Positions 1 to 12,210 of a stretch of 64,000 nt of DNA are shown here, one piece after another. The stretch lies in the NCBI GenBank assembly GCA_030264375.1, contig JASCQW010000001.1, forward strand, positions 141,930,722-141,994,721, written 5' to 3'. This DNA comes from Carcharhinus longimanus (lineage: Eukaryota). The translations under genes were made by a program, and so were the position numbers. Position 1 is the stretch's first letter. Every line of letters begins with the position of its first letter. Below the pieces are notes generated by a model. That model saw nothing but the letters and a program-made list of their open reading frames with translations, ran no database searches and was not told where the DNA came from.

Positions 1-230
1 TTTAAGACTTGATTAGCTGTAAAGACTCGCATTCTAATCAGTATTCTGTAAACTGAGTGCGTGCCTTTATATGCCCTGTTTGTGATCAGAACTCCCCATT
101 CACCTGTAGAAGGGGCAAAGCCCCAAAAGCTAATGGCGTTTGCTACCAAATAAACCTGTTGGACTTTAACCTGGTGTTGTGTGACTTCTCACTGTGTTTA
201 CCCCAGTCCAACACTGGCATCTCTCTACAT
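1..230 (+). mobile_element. Penelope-like element terminal fragment (family B) with decayed hammerhead motif at 100-136
   Basis: cagaactccccattcacctgtagaaggggcaaagccccaaaagctaatgg...caaataaacctgttggactttaacctggtgttgtg; homologous to 19953-20061 and 38132-38392. Confidence 0.7.
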
Positions 231-235
231 AGATG

Positions 236-460
236 TTTGAGTTTATTTATTGGTGTCACGAGTAGGCTTACATTAGTAGGACAATGAAGGTTAGGTGCAT
301 TGGCTATGTCAAATGCTCTCTCAGCATACTCGTGCTAAATGCTTGCTCTCTGGGGGAAGTACCTGAACAGGTGCTGGAATGTGGCGACTAGGGGATCTTC
401 ATAAATAACTTCATTGCAGTGTTAATGTAACCCTACTTATGACAGTAATAATAAACAAAA
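236..460. mobile_element. 5'-truncated V-SINE with alternative tail (+, ~288-460), preceded by an inverted copy of the same tail (-, ~236-290)
   Basis: gttaggtgcattggctatg...gtggcgactagggga...cttcattgcagtgttaatgtaaccctacttatgacagtaataataaac; 240-288 is the reverse complement of the tail. Confidence 0.65.
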
Positions 461-476
461 ATAATAATTACTGTGG

Positions 477-776
477 AGTGGCACAGTGGTTAACACTGTT
501 GCCGCACAGCGCCAGGGACCTGTGTGGAGTGTGCATGTTCTCCCTGTGTTTGCATGGGTTTTCTCCGGATGCTCTGGTTTTCTTCCATACTCCAACGATG
601 TGAGGGTTAGGTGGATTGGCCATGATAAATTACCTGTTAGTGTCAGGGAGATTAGCAGGGTAAATCCGTGGGGTGATGGGGATAGGACCTGGGTGCGATT
701 ATTGTCAGTGCAGGCTCGATAGGCTGAATAGCCTGCCGTCTTCCTTACTGTAGATTTTCTTTCCTTACTATGATTT
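477..776 (+). mobile_element. HE1-type V-SINE (tRNA head with B-box region deleted, V core, CR1-type tail)
   Basis: gtggcacagtggttaacactgttgccgcacagcgccagggacc joined directly to tgtgtggagtgtgcatgttctccctgtg...ggttaggtggattggccatgataaatt; matches 20195-20510, 31408-31736 and 43100-43420. Confidence 0.85.
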
Positions 777-3700
777 ACAGTACTTTGCTTTTATTTATTT
801 TTGGTACTTTAATTCTAATCAAAAAAGCCAATTCAAGTTAAGTCCAGTCAAGGTCCTCACATAAGGGACAAACCAGATCTAAGCTGACAAGACAAGACAT
901 TGCATTCCATCTTGGGCTCAATCAAACAAGATCCAAGCTGACCGAATGAGGCATCGCACTTCTTTCCTCGGCTTGACCTAATGCTGCATATTAGCCAAAA
1001 GACTGAAATGGCTTTCAAACATTGCATCAGGTAAAGCTTGGATTTAAAATCATNNNNNNNNNTGATCCTTTACTCTACCCTAACATGGACAAACCACCAT
1101 TTCAGGCATCTGCACACCCCAAGTTCAATTGCTTAGCCTTGTTCCCTGCCTGATTATACTTTCACTCCTGCCATTTCCAACTTAGATACAGGATTATAGT
1201 AACTTAACAGTGGTTTGTCTGATTGTACTCATGTATGACACTAGGGTCAGTGTGAGTTGACATTTCCCCAGACTGGGAAAAATCCACTTTCAAGGACGTA
1301 CAGCTGTTGTCCCTCCTTCTCTCCTCCCCGCCCCCAACCACTTTTGGAAAAGCTCCAAACATATTTTCAAGGTATGTTTATCTGAACATGTGCAGAACAC
1401 TTTTTCATGGAGATTGGCCAGAACCAGGCATTACATTTTTCACTGAATGTTACATCTTGTGCCAGAAACTGCTTCAGTCAGAGATAAAACTGATCTAGTT
1501 GGGGGATGAAGGACAGTCATGAAGAAGGGATTTTGGAATTCGGAGATGATTTCAGTATTATTAATCTTACTTTTGGAGGACTTAGTTTGCTCACTGTCTT
1601 GCTTATACCAGATATTGATTTTGGGCCCTTTCCTAAGCTGCTGATACGCAGCTTCCACAAAGAGCTGTCATAATCGTTCTCTTCATTTTCACTCACACGC
1701 TGCAGTGAAGCATCTTATCTGGCTGGGATAATATTAAGAACCCTAGCAGGCTGTGAGAAACAGTATTAGTGTAACAATGTTCTCAATCAATGGAACATGA
1801 TTCACATTATTGTCGGGAAAAAAATAACTTTGAAAGAAAATCAAGATCACAAAAAAACATTTATTTTTGGGGGATGTACACCATACTTTGCCAGCAGTTC
1901 CTTCCTCAGTGATAACTCTGGGTCATGTACTATTGGAGAGGGTCAGCTGACAGCATACTTTCAGACTGCCACAAATGTTGAGATTGGCCTGTTGCCAGGA
2001 ATTATGTTGCCGGCTTATTACTGAGCTGATTTTCCCATCTCTTCTCCAGTGAGGTGCTCCACTTGGTATCCTTCATTTGGAATGACCAAAGTTAGGTGCT
2101 CAGAGATTAGTGAGAAGATGAACTCCCAACCCATCACTCTCTCATACCACACTGCTGGTGCTCCTATGCTCAAATTGCATTGTTCCTTACTCTTACAGTT
2201 TTAATATGTCAGTGTAGAATTTTGCCTGATTGTATTTTCTGCACCAAATACTTTAAGAAATTGAGATAATAAATGAAAAGTTTTTTGACTACCCTTGTTG
2301 GTTATGATCTTGTTTAATATTGTGCATTCTTACCCTGCTTTTTTGTTCCTTTTTTCTGGAAAGCAGTTTTCTGTACTAAGATACAATGCTATAGTCTGTG
2401 GTAATGCTCTGGCATGTCATCCAAATTTACCAATTTTTTCAGTTCTTTGTTGAGGGATATGAAATTAGCTGGTTCATCACAGGCTAAGGATGAAGTTGCT
2501 TGCATAACTCAGTAACAAAATAGACACAAACACACGAAAAGATGTTAAGTTTTTTTGAGCATATAGTTAACTTAAGTAGGACTTGATTTATTTTCACACC
2601 ACATTGAATCTGGATCTAATTATGATATACCAGTCCTGATATTCTAATCTTGGAAAGCAAGATTTTTCACAGTAGAGTTGTGGCAAAGCATTTGCCACAT
2701 TCTTCCACAAATTTAACGTTTAGGATTTCATCTCGTCTTTTTGCAGCATTAAGTTCATAAAAATTTGTTTCCAGAAGGGGGTTTCCATTTTCTTCCAAGC
2801 TGCTGAATTCAAAGACAGTGCTACGTGGAAGCATGGAATGAAATCAGGCACTTTTTCGCCAGGGCACTGAAAGAATGTTGCCAAGCCTCAGTTACAAAAC
2901 TCCCAATATCAAGCTTTAAATTATATTGAAGGAGATCTGGAGTGATTTTATTTCCCTTTGGAATGCAGGAAATTACATGGCACCAACAGTTCTAAATAGG
3001 AAATTTAAGGAAATAAAAAAGAGAAATTTTATGCATTAAGAATGTCTATAATCAACATCACTTATATTTTTACCTTAGATAATGCATATTTTTTGGAGTA
3101 AATGTATGTAAAATCTCAGATATAAGAGCAAAACATATAATTAACGCAATCACAAAAGATAACAATAATATTTTGTTAAGCAAAAAAATCAAGAAATATA
3201 ACTTATTTTCTATTCTCTTGCGTATAGTTGTTTGATTTGGGCACCAGTTGATAGGTTAACTGACCAGATTTTTCACGTTCCTTAGAATATATGAATACAT
3301 CCCAGTTATCAATTAATATCGGATTACTGGTTGAAGATAAATTAATATTGCTAGATTATATTCAATTTCCCTATTGCTTAGATTGCTGATGACATAATTA
3401 TCAGTACAGACTACCTAATATTTTAAAATACTTTTTTTGTCAAAAGCAAGTAACAGGTGTGGACATTGTTGAAAACTTTCAACTGAGCCTTGAAATCAAA
3501 CTCTATGATAACATCTTTTCAGTACTTAGCATGTTGGCATGAAAATCCTTTGCTGCTTTAATAGAGAAACTGAAAACATCTAATATCCAAATGTATTTAT
3601 TATTTAGTACTCATATCACAAAATGCAATTTCAAACCATTGGTTTCCATAGGCCTCCTTAACATTTGTAAGATTTTCCCCTATTTAGAAATAGAGGGTGA

Positions 3701-4154
3701 AACTCTGTTTTTCACTGATTTTGGTGAAAAAGTCAGTGTGCATTCAAGGTTGGACAGTGCCTTGGTTTTAGGAAGTGTGCCAAAAGAGTAAATAATTTAC
3801 CCTGAGAACCTTTTGTTTTGTTCTAGAAACAATTGAAAGTAATTTTTAATTATATTTGTCTAACTTGTCTAGAAAGTTTGTAGTTATCAGTTTCTGGGAC
3901 CATGCACGTGTTTGGAGATGGATATAGCCTTGAGCTCTCCCAATTCCATTGTAATATTAGACAGGTTTGGACTGACATTTCCTATTCTATTTCTAACATG
4001 AGCGAAGTGAACATATAAGGTACAGCTACTGTGATGTTATGCATGCTTCTGTGCTTCAAATTGCACGTACAGAACTGTTCCCAATCTCAAACAATTGTAA
4101 AATTTGTAGTAATTAAGAATTGCTTTATATGGAGATCACACAGCATTTCTTTTT

Positions 4155-4452
4155 CATTGGCAAGACCAACATTTATTGCCCATCCCTCACTTGAAAAGGT
4201 GACGATGATCTGCTTTCTTCAACTGCTGCAGTTCATGCATTGCATATGCATCCGTAATGCTGTTAGGGAGAGAATTCTAGGATTTTGACCCAGCAACAGT
4301 GTAGGTACGACAATATAGTTCCAAGCCAGGGTGACATGTATCATGGAGAGAGACTAGCATATGGTAGTGTTCCATGTGTCTGTTGTACTTGTTCTGCTAG
4401 GTGATAGAAGTTGTAGATGTGTAAAGTGTTGTTGAGGGAGCCTTGGTGAGTA
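4155..4452 (-). mobile_element. LINE (CR1/L2 group) 3'-end fragment
   Basis: ggcaagaccaacatttattgcccatccct...ctgttagggagagaattctaggattttgacccagcaacagtg; same family at 12127, 18375, 39500, 44460 and 51975. Confidence 0.7.
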
Positions 4453-4629
4453 TATATTCTTCTCCCTTGTACCCTCTTTTATGAATATCTTTATTCTCTT
4501 TAAGCTCAAAAAGTAATTTTGACTTTATTACTAGCATTAAATAATTATTTTTATCTTTATGCTTTCCAATTTTTAAACACCTTCCCTAAGCTGAAAATGG
4601 CAGATAACATAATAGTGAGAATAAAGTAT

Positions 4630-5075
4630 GTGTACATGACAGACTAGGCTTGAGGGACCAAATGGCTTACTCCTGTTTATATTTTTTATTTTCTTATATA
4701 TAAGATCATTAAGTTGGTCACAGCACAAAAGGAGGCCATTTGGCCCATCATGTCTGTAGTTATCCTCTAAAGGAGTTCAGTCCAGTATCCAGTGCCTTCC
4801 CCTGTCTTTTCCACTTAGCCCTAAATGTTTCCTTTTTAAATAATAATCAAATTTTTTTAAAACCTCTGTTGACCTTGACAGCATTGTACTCTCAGGAAGT
4901 GCATTCCAAAATCTAACCACTCGCTACATGAACATGTTCTCCCTTCTGACACCATTACTTCTTTTGCCAATTATCTTAAAGCTGTGCTGCCTAATTTCTG
5001 ATCCTTCGACCAATAGGAACAGTTTCTTCCTATCTGTTCTGTCCAGACTCCTCATGATTTTGAATACCTCTATCT
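4630..5075. mobile_element. Two CR1 LINE 3' ends tail-to-tail (+ ~4630-4700; - ~4715-5075)
   Basis: gagggaccaaatggcttactcctgttt (CR1 tail) followed by cacagcacaaaaggaggccatttggcccatc...gcattccaaaatctaaccactcgct...ctcatgattttgaatacctctatc. Confidence 0.7.
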
Positions 5076-5199
5076 ATCCATATATAAACAAGTTTTGGGC
5101 TACAGTTTTAGGAAAGATGACATGGAAATAATTTTTCACTGCCTAATTAGTTCCCTGAGCCTTTTTGAAATTGCATTTTCTCAGCTACACTGCATTTTG

Positions 5200-5865
5200 C
5201 CACAAGTAGATGGGCAACAAGTTTGTTCCACAATTTTCCCCTACTTCACCTTACCTGTTGCTGATACCCTTATCCAATCTTTTGTTACCTCCACGATTAA
5301 CTGTTTTAATGCTGTCCTATCTGGCTCCCAATCTTTCACCTTCCATTAACTTGAGATCATCCAAAACTCAAATACCCCCAACCCGCACATTTTATATACA
5401 CTCACCACCTCTGTACTTACTGACAAATGTTGGCTCCCATTCTTCAATGCCTTCGTTTTATAACTCAGTGGCATTTTATAAGTCTTTGAAACCTTCTCCA
5501 GCTGTACAAATCCTCAAGGATCTTTGCATTCATCCAACTCTGGCCTCTTGAATATCTCCTTTCACTGTGGTGGCCAGGCCTTCAGATGCCTAGGCCCTAN
5601 NNNNNNNNNTCATCCACCATTGACAAACCTGCCTTTAGGTTTCTAGGCCCTATACTTTGGAATTTGCTCCCCAAACCTCTCAGATTCCACCACTTTCTGT
5701 ACTTTTACGATGTTTCTTAAAATATACGAATTTAATGAAGCTTTTAGTCACCTGTCTAAATACCTCCTTCTTTGACCTTGTGTCATTCTTTGCCTTATTA
5801 AGCTTATGTGAAGTCTTGAGATTTATTTTGCTATCTGAAGCCATTATATAAAGTTGTTGTTGCCA
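5200..5865 (+). mobile_element. Decayed L2-type LINE 3' fragment
   Basis: ccttatccaatcttttgttacctccacgattaactgttttaatgct (LIQSFVTSxIxxFNA, L2 ORF2 C-terminus-like) ...gccttcagatgcctaggcccta...ctatataaagttgttgttg-like tail. Confidence 0.6.
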
Positions 5866-6596
5866 TTGCAGGAAAGTGCCAAAGAAAGGTCAGGGGTATT
5901 TTTCATTTGGGAAAAGAGTCACTTTCATCTCTTTCATATATCACGCTATCTTGTCTTATCATGACTAGTTTCATTGTAGCACTGATGGAGTGTTGGAAGG
6001 CTGACTCGGATTCTTCAAGCAGCAGATTAATAATATATCAATTCAGACAGAGAAAGAAATATATAAAAGTAAGGGTGATGAATGGAATATGTAAGGTAAT
6101 CTGTTGAAAGATTAACTGCTGAGATGATTATTTTTGCACAACTGAATAATGTCCCCATTTAGTTATACTGCATGGAGCCAAGGATAAGGGAGGACACAAA
6201 TTAAATCTCTTATAAAGAGGTAATGTGACCATCAAGTTAAAAATGACCCAAAGGAGACTCAGCAGTATAATGAGTTAGACCCTGGTTTTTCACTTTTGAC
6301 ACTTGGGTTCCCACCAGGTTCAAATTGACAGCACATTTGACACTTCTCACCAAGACAAAACAGAAATTGGGGAGAATTCAGACACTTTCTCATCTCTGGC
6401 AATATGCATATCCCTGCCACGATCAAATTTTAATTGACAGGAATCATTAAAAAAAAATTATGCCATTTTTCATACAATTGATGTTTGCCTGCTAACTGTA
6501 AAAATTAGGTGAAATGAGTTAATCTAGTTCCAAATAGATATGGGACTAAGTCAAAAACAGTCCCTAATTCAGAATTTATCAACAATGTTGATAACA

Positions 6597-6742
6597 ATCC
6601 AAAGATGTGTGGGTTAGATTGATTGGCTATGCTAAATTGACCTTAGGGCCGGGGGATTATGGAAATAGGGCTTGAGTGGGATTGTGGTCTGAGCAGACTC
6701 AATGGGCCGAATGGCCTCCTTTTGTACTGTAGGGATTCTATA
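6597..6742 (+). mobile_element. 5'-truncated HE1-type V-SINE
   Basis: tccaaagatgtgtgggttagattgattggctatgctaaattg...gatgggccgaatggcctcc-type tail, ctgtagggattctat. Confidence 0.8.
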
Positions 6743-7309
6743 AATGTCACTTGCTTAGTGTGGAAGTTTGAAATATTGTCACACTTGCTTTTTTGAGGTT
6801 GTGGCTGACACGATGCTGGGGCAGAATAAAATAAACTTTTCTCTGCATCCTGCTGTGCTATCTCTGACCAGGAAGTCTAACGTTGGGTGAAATGGAATCA
6901 GTTCCTTGCACATTAGCATGCAGAGCCTTCCAGTGGGAATAGGGGTGGAAGAGGGTATGGTCATGTGTTGGAGTAGAAATACACCAGCAGGCTTTCAGAA
7001 TGTGTTGATCTGTTCTTCTTGGTTCATTTCAGTACTACATACGCTGGTCCAGATGTATACATTTTGGACCTCCGGGAAATCCTGATGCAATGTAGTGGAA
7101 TGAGAAACCTGATGTCATGTCAGATAATACAGAAAATGGATTACTTCATGAATTCCAGTTAATAGCTTCATTTAATAGATTGAGTCAAACATGAGTTGAT
7201 TATCTTAGTTTTTTTATTACTAGTTACAAATCATCAATTATAAAATTGTTTCACATGAATTAATCTTTGTCATTTAGTCGTGAATCACAATATATGCTTG
7301 TAATTTTAA

Positions 7310-7350
7310 ATATGCTCTTCTAATTTTTTTTGTATGATTTTTGGTTGCAG
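7310..7350 (+). promoter_or_regulatory. 3' splice acceptor (candidate branch point, T-rich tract, AG)
   Basis: ttctaatttttttttgtatgatttttggttgcag|GTT; CTAAT branch-like motif near 7320; cadherin similarity begins at 7351. Confidence 0.85.
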
Positions 7351-10239
7351 GTTGTTGCCACTGATGGTGGAAATCTCCGCTCCCAGAATCCAGCTATTGT
7401 AACCATCACAGTTATCGACACACAGGACAACCCTCCATCATTCAGCCAGAGCAGCTATAGTTTTGTTATTTTTGAAAACATTGCCATTGGTTCTCTTGTT
7501 GGCACCGTATCCGCATCTTCGCTTGATCTTAATACGAACATTACTTACCTTATTACTTCAGGAGACCAGAAGGGCATGTTTACCATTGATGGATCGACGG
7601 GTCAAATTAATACTGCCAGCGCCATAGACAGGGAAGAACTGGCGTTTTATCAGTTAAAAGTTGTGGCAAGTGGTGGCACTGTGACTGGAGAGACCTTAGT
7701 GAATATCACTGTCAAGGATCTGAATGATAATTCTCCACGTTTCCCCCATGCAGTTGAAAATATTAATGCAGTTGAAAACTGGAGTTCGGGACACACAATT
7801 TTCCAGGCTGAAGTAAAGGATCCTGATGAAGGTATTAATGGCATGGTTTCATATTCCTTGAGGCAGAATCCTAAAGGCCTCTTCCACATTGATGAGAAAA
7901 CGGGAATCATAACTTTAAATGGACCTCTTGACATAAACACAGGCTCATATCAGGTGGAGGCAGTAGCATCTGACATGGGTGTTCCCCAGCGTGCATCTAG
8001 CTTAATTTTGACTGTCTACGTGCATGATGTGAATGACAACTCTCCAGTATTTGACCAGCTTTCATATGAAGTCACAATTTCTGAAGCAGAACCTGTGAAC
8101 TCTAGGTTCTTTAAAGTCCAGGCTTTGGACAAAGATTCAGGAGTGAATGGGGAGATCACATATGATATTGCACAAGGAAACAGAGAGAATAAGTTTGGTA
8201 TTTTTCCTGATGGGCAGCTATATATAAAGGCGGAATTGGATCGTGAATCTCAAAGTCATTATGTCCTGATGATTATTGCTGCAGATAGAGCAGTGGAGCC
8301 TCTGAGTGCAACTGTGAATGTGACAGTAATACTAGAAGATGTAAATGACAATAGACCTTTATTCAACAACACAAATTATGTATTCCATTTTGAAGAGGAA
8401 CAGAAAGCTGGTTCATCAGTTGGTTATGTCAATGCTGTTGACAATGATTTTGGATTTAATGGTGAAGTGAAATATTCTCTTGAAATGCCCCAACTCGATT
8501 TTGACCTGAATACAGTGACAGGGGAAATTACCAGTATACACCAATTTGACCGAGAGGCTTTAATGTGGCAACGTGGGGCTGCAGTTTTCACCTTTAAAGT
8601 AATTGCATCAGACCAAGGATTGCCAAAACCTCTCCAAGATCATGCCACTGTACAAATATACATCAGCGATACGAATGATAATGTACCCAGATTCACAAAA
8701 GACCTGTATCAAGCCACAATATCTGAATCAGCAGGAAATTTAACACAGGTGATTCGTGTTAGTGCTTCGGATGTTGACGAGGGAAATAATGCATTGGTAA
8801 ATTATTCTATCATTAAAGGGAATGAAGAAGAGCAGTTTACAATTCAAAGTACCACAGGACAGGTGACATTGGTAGGAAAGCTGGACTATGAAGCTACAGC
8901 ATCCTATTCTTTTACTCTTCTAGCAGTGGACTTGGGGAATGTACCTTTGAGCTCCACATGTACTTTAATCATCAGTGTGCTAGATGAAAATGACAATACT
9001 CCTTCATTTCCTAAGTCTGTAATGTACATTGATGCATTGGAAAATATGAGAGTTGGAGAGCTTGTAGAATCTGCAGCTGCCACTGATTCAGATTCAGGGG
9101 ATAATGCTGAGATCCATTATAGCATTACAGGAAGTAACAACCATGGAACATTTAGCATTAGTCATAATACAGGTAGCATCTTCCTTGCAAAGAAAATGGA
9201 CTTTGAAACCCAATCTGTTTACCATCTGAACATAACAGCAAAAGATAATGGAAGGCCTCCAAGATCCTCAACAATGTCGGTAGTGATTCAAGTAAGAGAT
9301 TTTAATGATAATCCACCTAGTTTCTCTCCTGGAGATATTTTTAAATCGATAGTGGAAAATATTCCAGTTGGTACATCTGTATTGACAATAACTGCCCAGG
9401 ACCCCGATGCTGATATTAATGGAGCGTTACAATATTGCATAGCCCAACAAATACCAAGAGGAAACCATTTTATAATTGATGCGTCCGATGGGACACTGCG
9501 AACCAACGCTGAGATTGACCGTGAATTTTCTAATCTATTTGAACTCACCATTAAAGCCATTGATCAAGCAGTTCCACTAGATTTCAGACGTTTTGCTTTA
9601 AAGAACGTAACCATCTTAGTGACAGATCAAAATGATAATGCTCCTGTATTTATATCGCAAAATGCTTTAGTTGCTGATAGTGCTCTTGTGATGGGTTCCA
9701 TTCTCACAACTATCAAGGCTATAGATCTAGACGAAGGACCAAATGGAAAAGTTGAGTATGAACTAATCAATGGAGACAGTGACACCTTCATGATGGATCG
9801 ATATAATGGAGATATTAGAGTAGTAGCGCCTTTAGTTCCTTCCAGACTCACATATCATCTTGTTGTGTCAGCTGTAGACTTTGGACCAGAGAGAAGGACA
9901 ACCAGCACTGAGCTGACTGTTATTCTTCAGGGTCTAGATGGACCTGTCTTTACTCAGCCAAAATACATCACAATTTTACGTGAAGGAGAGCCTGTGGGCA
10001 CCAGTGTGATCTCTTTAGAAGCTTCAAATCCAAAAGATTCTTCAGCATTATTGGAGTATTACATTGTTTCAGTCCGTTGTGGGGGGCGATCTGTTGGACG
10101 GCTTTTCACAATAGGGCACCACAGTGGTGTCATCCAAACGGCTGCTGTACTGGATCGAGAGCGAGGTCCAAATCTATACCTTGTGGATGTTTATGCAGTT
10201 GAGAAGTCTTCTACGTTTCCCAGAACACAAAAAGCAGAG
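7351..10239 (+). CDS. FAT4: Internal coding exon of protocadherin Fat 4 (cadherin repeats from about the end of EC7 to most of EC16); partial gene
   Basis: 963 uninterrupted codons (VVATDGGNLRSQ...FPRTQKAE) with repeated cadherin motifs (xE, DRE/DYE/DFE, DxD; linkers DTQDNPP, DLNDNSP, DVNDNSP, DVNDNRP, DTNDNVP, DENDNTP, DFNDNPP, DQNDNAP). Peptides such as KVVASGGTVTG, FGIFPDGQLYIK, GDIFKSIVENIP and LQGLDGPVFTQPKYITIL match vertebrate FAT4 as I recall it. Bounded by ttgcag|G and GAG|gtaagt, phase 0 at both ends. The ORF track's TTG start and VSGCCLNYKV tail are intronic. Confidence 0.96.
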
Positions 10240-10245
10240 GTAAGT
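10237..10245 (+). promoter_or_regulatory. 5' splice donor GAG|GTAAGT
   Basis: Perfect consensus donor exactly where cadherin similarity stops; in-frame stop follows at 10270-10272. Confidence 0.92.
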
Positions 10246-12119
10246 GGATGTTGCTTAAATTATAAAGTATAGGCATAATGGGTTATTCTGTGCTGACATT
10301 TCTATTATTCTGTTTGCCTGCCTTAGTGACAAAATAGATTTTCTACATATTGAAATAATTGGACTAATAGACATCATTTTAAACCTCATGGTAGAGGAGG
10401 CACTTTGGTTCTTTAACAGCATATCTTTTCATATTGTAAGTCTGTCTTTTAACAATTGGAGGAACACGTTAGCCAGCACTATGTGAGAATGTTTTACATC
10501 TAAGGCTTAATGTAATGAAATATTATAATTACGTTTCATTTTTGATACCCTTACTCTTTGAATTAAGGTTTTGTAAAACTGTTTACTGTATTCCACTTTC
10601 TCAGTGTCCTGAAATGTTCAACTACAAAACTATTTGTTTGCATACTTGCAGCTAATCTGCTTTGAATAATTTAACCATCTGTAAGACAGAAGATTTTGTC
10701 TGCCAGTTCACTCCATCAGGTTGCTATCTTTTTTGGATTGTCCTTTCTTTATCAATGCAAAAGGTTTAGCAGAGGAGCATCTTAACTGTTATTCTGCATG
10801 TGAGTGCCCTGCTTCTGCAAATTGAAAACAGTGATATAAGTAACTGGTAACCAAGGTTTGACATGATGAAGAATATGAATCTAATTTTATCCCATGAGTC
10901 AATTAATCCCTATAACCTACAAATGGCAAATCCACAAGTGAATCATCCATGTTGCATAAATCCAGTTCTCGCTGTCCACTGTTGTATTTTCATCCTAGAG
11001 TGAAAAAATAAACAGAACCTTTCAAACACATTAATGGGTTGCTTTTAGGTCTATTGAATGAAGGCAATGAAATAGCTTAGTGACACCAAAAAGTTTGTGG
11101 TGGCATGCAAGGACAATGTGGCATCAGAGCAAATAGCGTGAAGTTGTAAAGGAATTTACATTTAGGAAATGTGTACACAATATAGTACAAGTAATGCAAT
11201 GTAGGGAAGCAGATGTCTGATGATGGAGAACAAACAATGGCGCAGGAGGAGTGCTGCCAGACTTTTGACAGGAAGAGGTCTGAAGCTCATGAATCTAGTT
11301 TGTACTGTTAGGCATAGTGTGTTTGAGAGTTGTGAATGGCATTTCAACTTGTAAAAGCAAATCAGCCATCTGAATCCTGATTCTGCTCTATAAGGTGAAT
11401 AGACACTTAATTAGTTTACATTATGGCAGCTAGTTTTTCCCATGTGATTCTACATCAGAACACAAGTGTTGTTCCTGACAAAGTTATTGCAATGTAATAG
11501 AATAATTAAACTACAGGAATTTTACTATTGTAATATTCTTGTATATTTATAAATGTATGTAATGAGTTCAGTCAGATATTGAGGAAGCATTTTCAAAAGC
11601 TTTATTTTCTATTGTGCAATATGAAGCTCTTAAAAGTGAGTGCTTTTTTCATAGACTGCCTCATGTCACGTCTGTCACATATTGTTATCTCAATGCCATA
11701 AGGGGAGTTCTTGCTTTTTTCTGAGATGTGATTTCAATCACAATCCAACATCATCTTGTCAGCAACTATTAAGCTTAGAATAAAAAATTATAATTGAGTT
11801 GTGCATGCAGGATCTCTATTATTAAGATGGTGGATGGCTACAATATTGTGAAAGTGCACTTTGAAGTGATGGTGGAAGGGGCATTTAATTAAGTACATTA
11901 AGTACAGCGAGACGCATCGTGTGACAGCTCCACTGCACTCAATGGGTATAAACACCGCATTTCAGCTCATGTTGGGGGAACACCACAGAAAGTAACTTAA
12001 CAAGTTTTGTTGACGCTTATTAGCTTCTTATCAGAACCCAATGAATTGATCAGAAACATGAGAACTATACCTCCTGTTATAGTTTGACCCAGATTTTTCA
12101 TTATCCCTGGACTTTTTAT

Positions 12120-12210
12120 TTTTTCGTGGATGTGGGTGCCGTTGGCTAGGCCAACATTTGTTGCCCGTCCCTAGTTGCCCTTCGTACGGTGACATAAGCC
12201 ACCTTCTTTA
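12120..12210 (-). mobile_element. LINE/SINE shared 3' tail fragment
   Basis: ggatgtgggtgccgttggctaggccaacatttgttgcccgtccctagttgccc. Confidence 0.65.

Noticed and set aside
477-522. tRNA genes at SINE heads (also 12265, 20510, 43100, 56930)
   Set aside because: A/B boxes run into V-SINE core sequence and no full cloverleaf or acceptor stem is evident.
5570-5655. Repeated gcctt.ag.t..ctaggcccta across the 10-N gap
   Set aside because: Lies within a decayed L2 tail next to a gap; a local duplication cannot be distinguished from an assembly problem.
7650-9851. Antisense ORFs (96, 90 and 74 aa) within the exon
   Set aside because: Shadow ORFs of the coding strand with no recognisable domain.
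7330-10272. 980-aa ORF as a complete single-exon gene
   Set aside because: It starts at TTG within the acceptor tract, has no signal peptide or transmembrane segment, and has canonical splice sites inside both ends; it is an internal exon.
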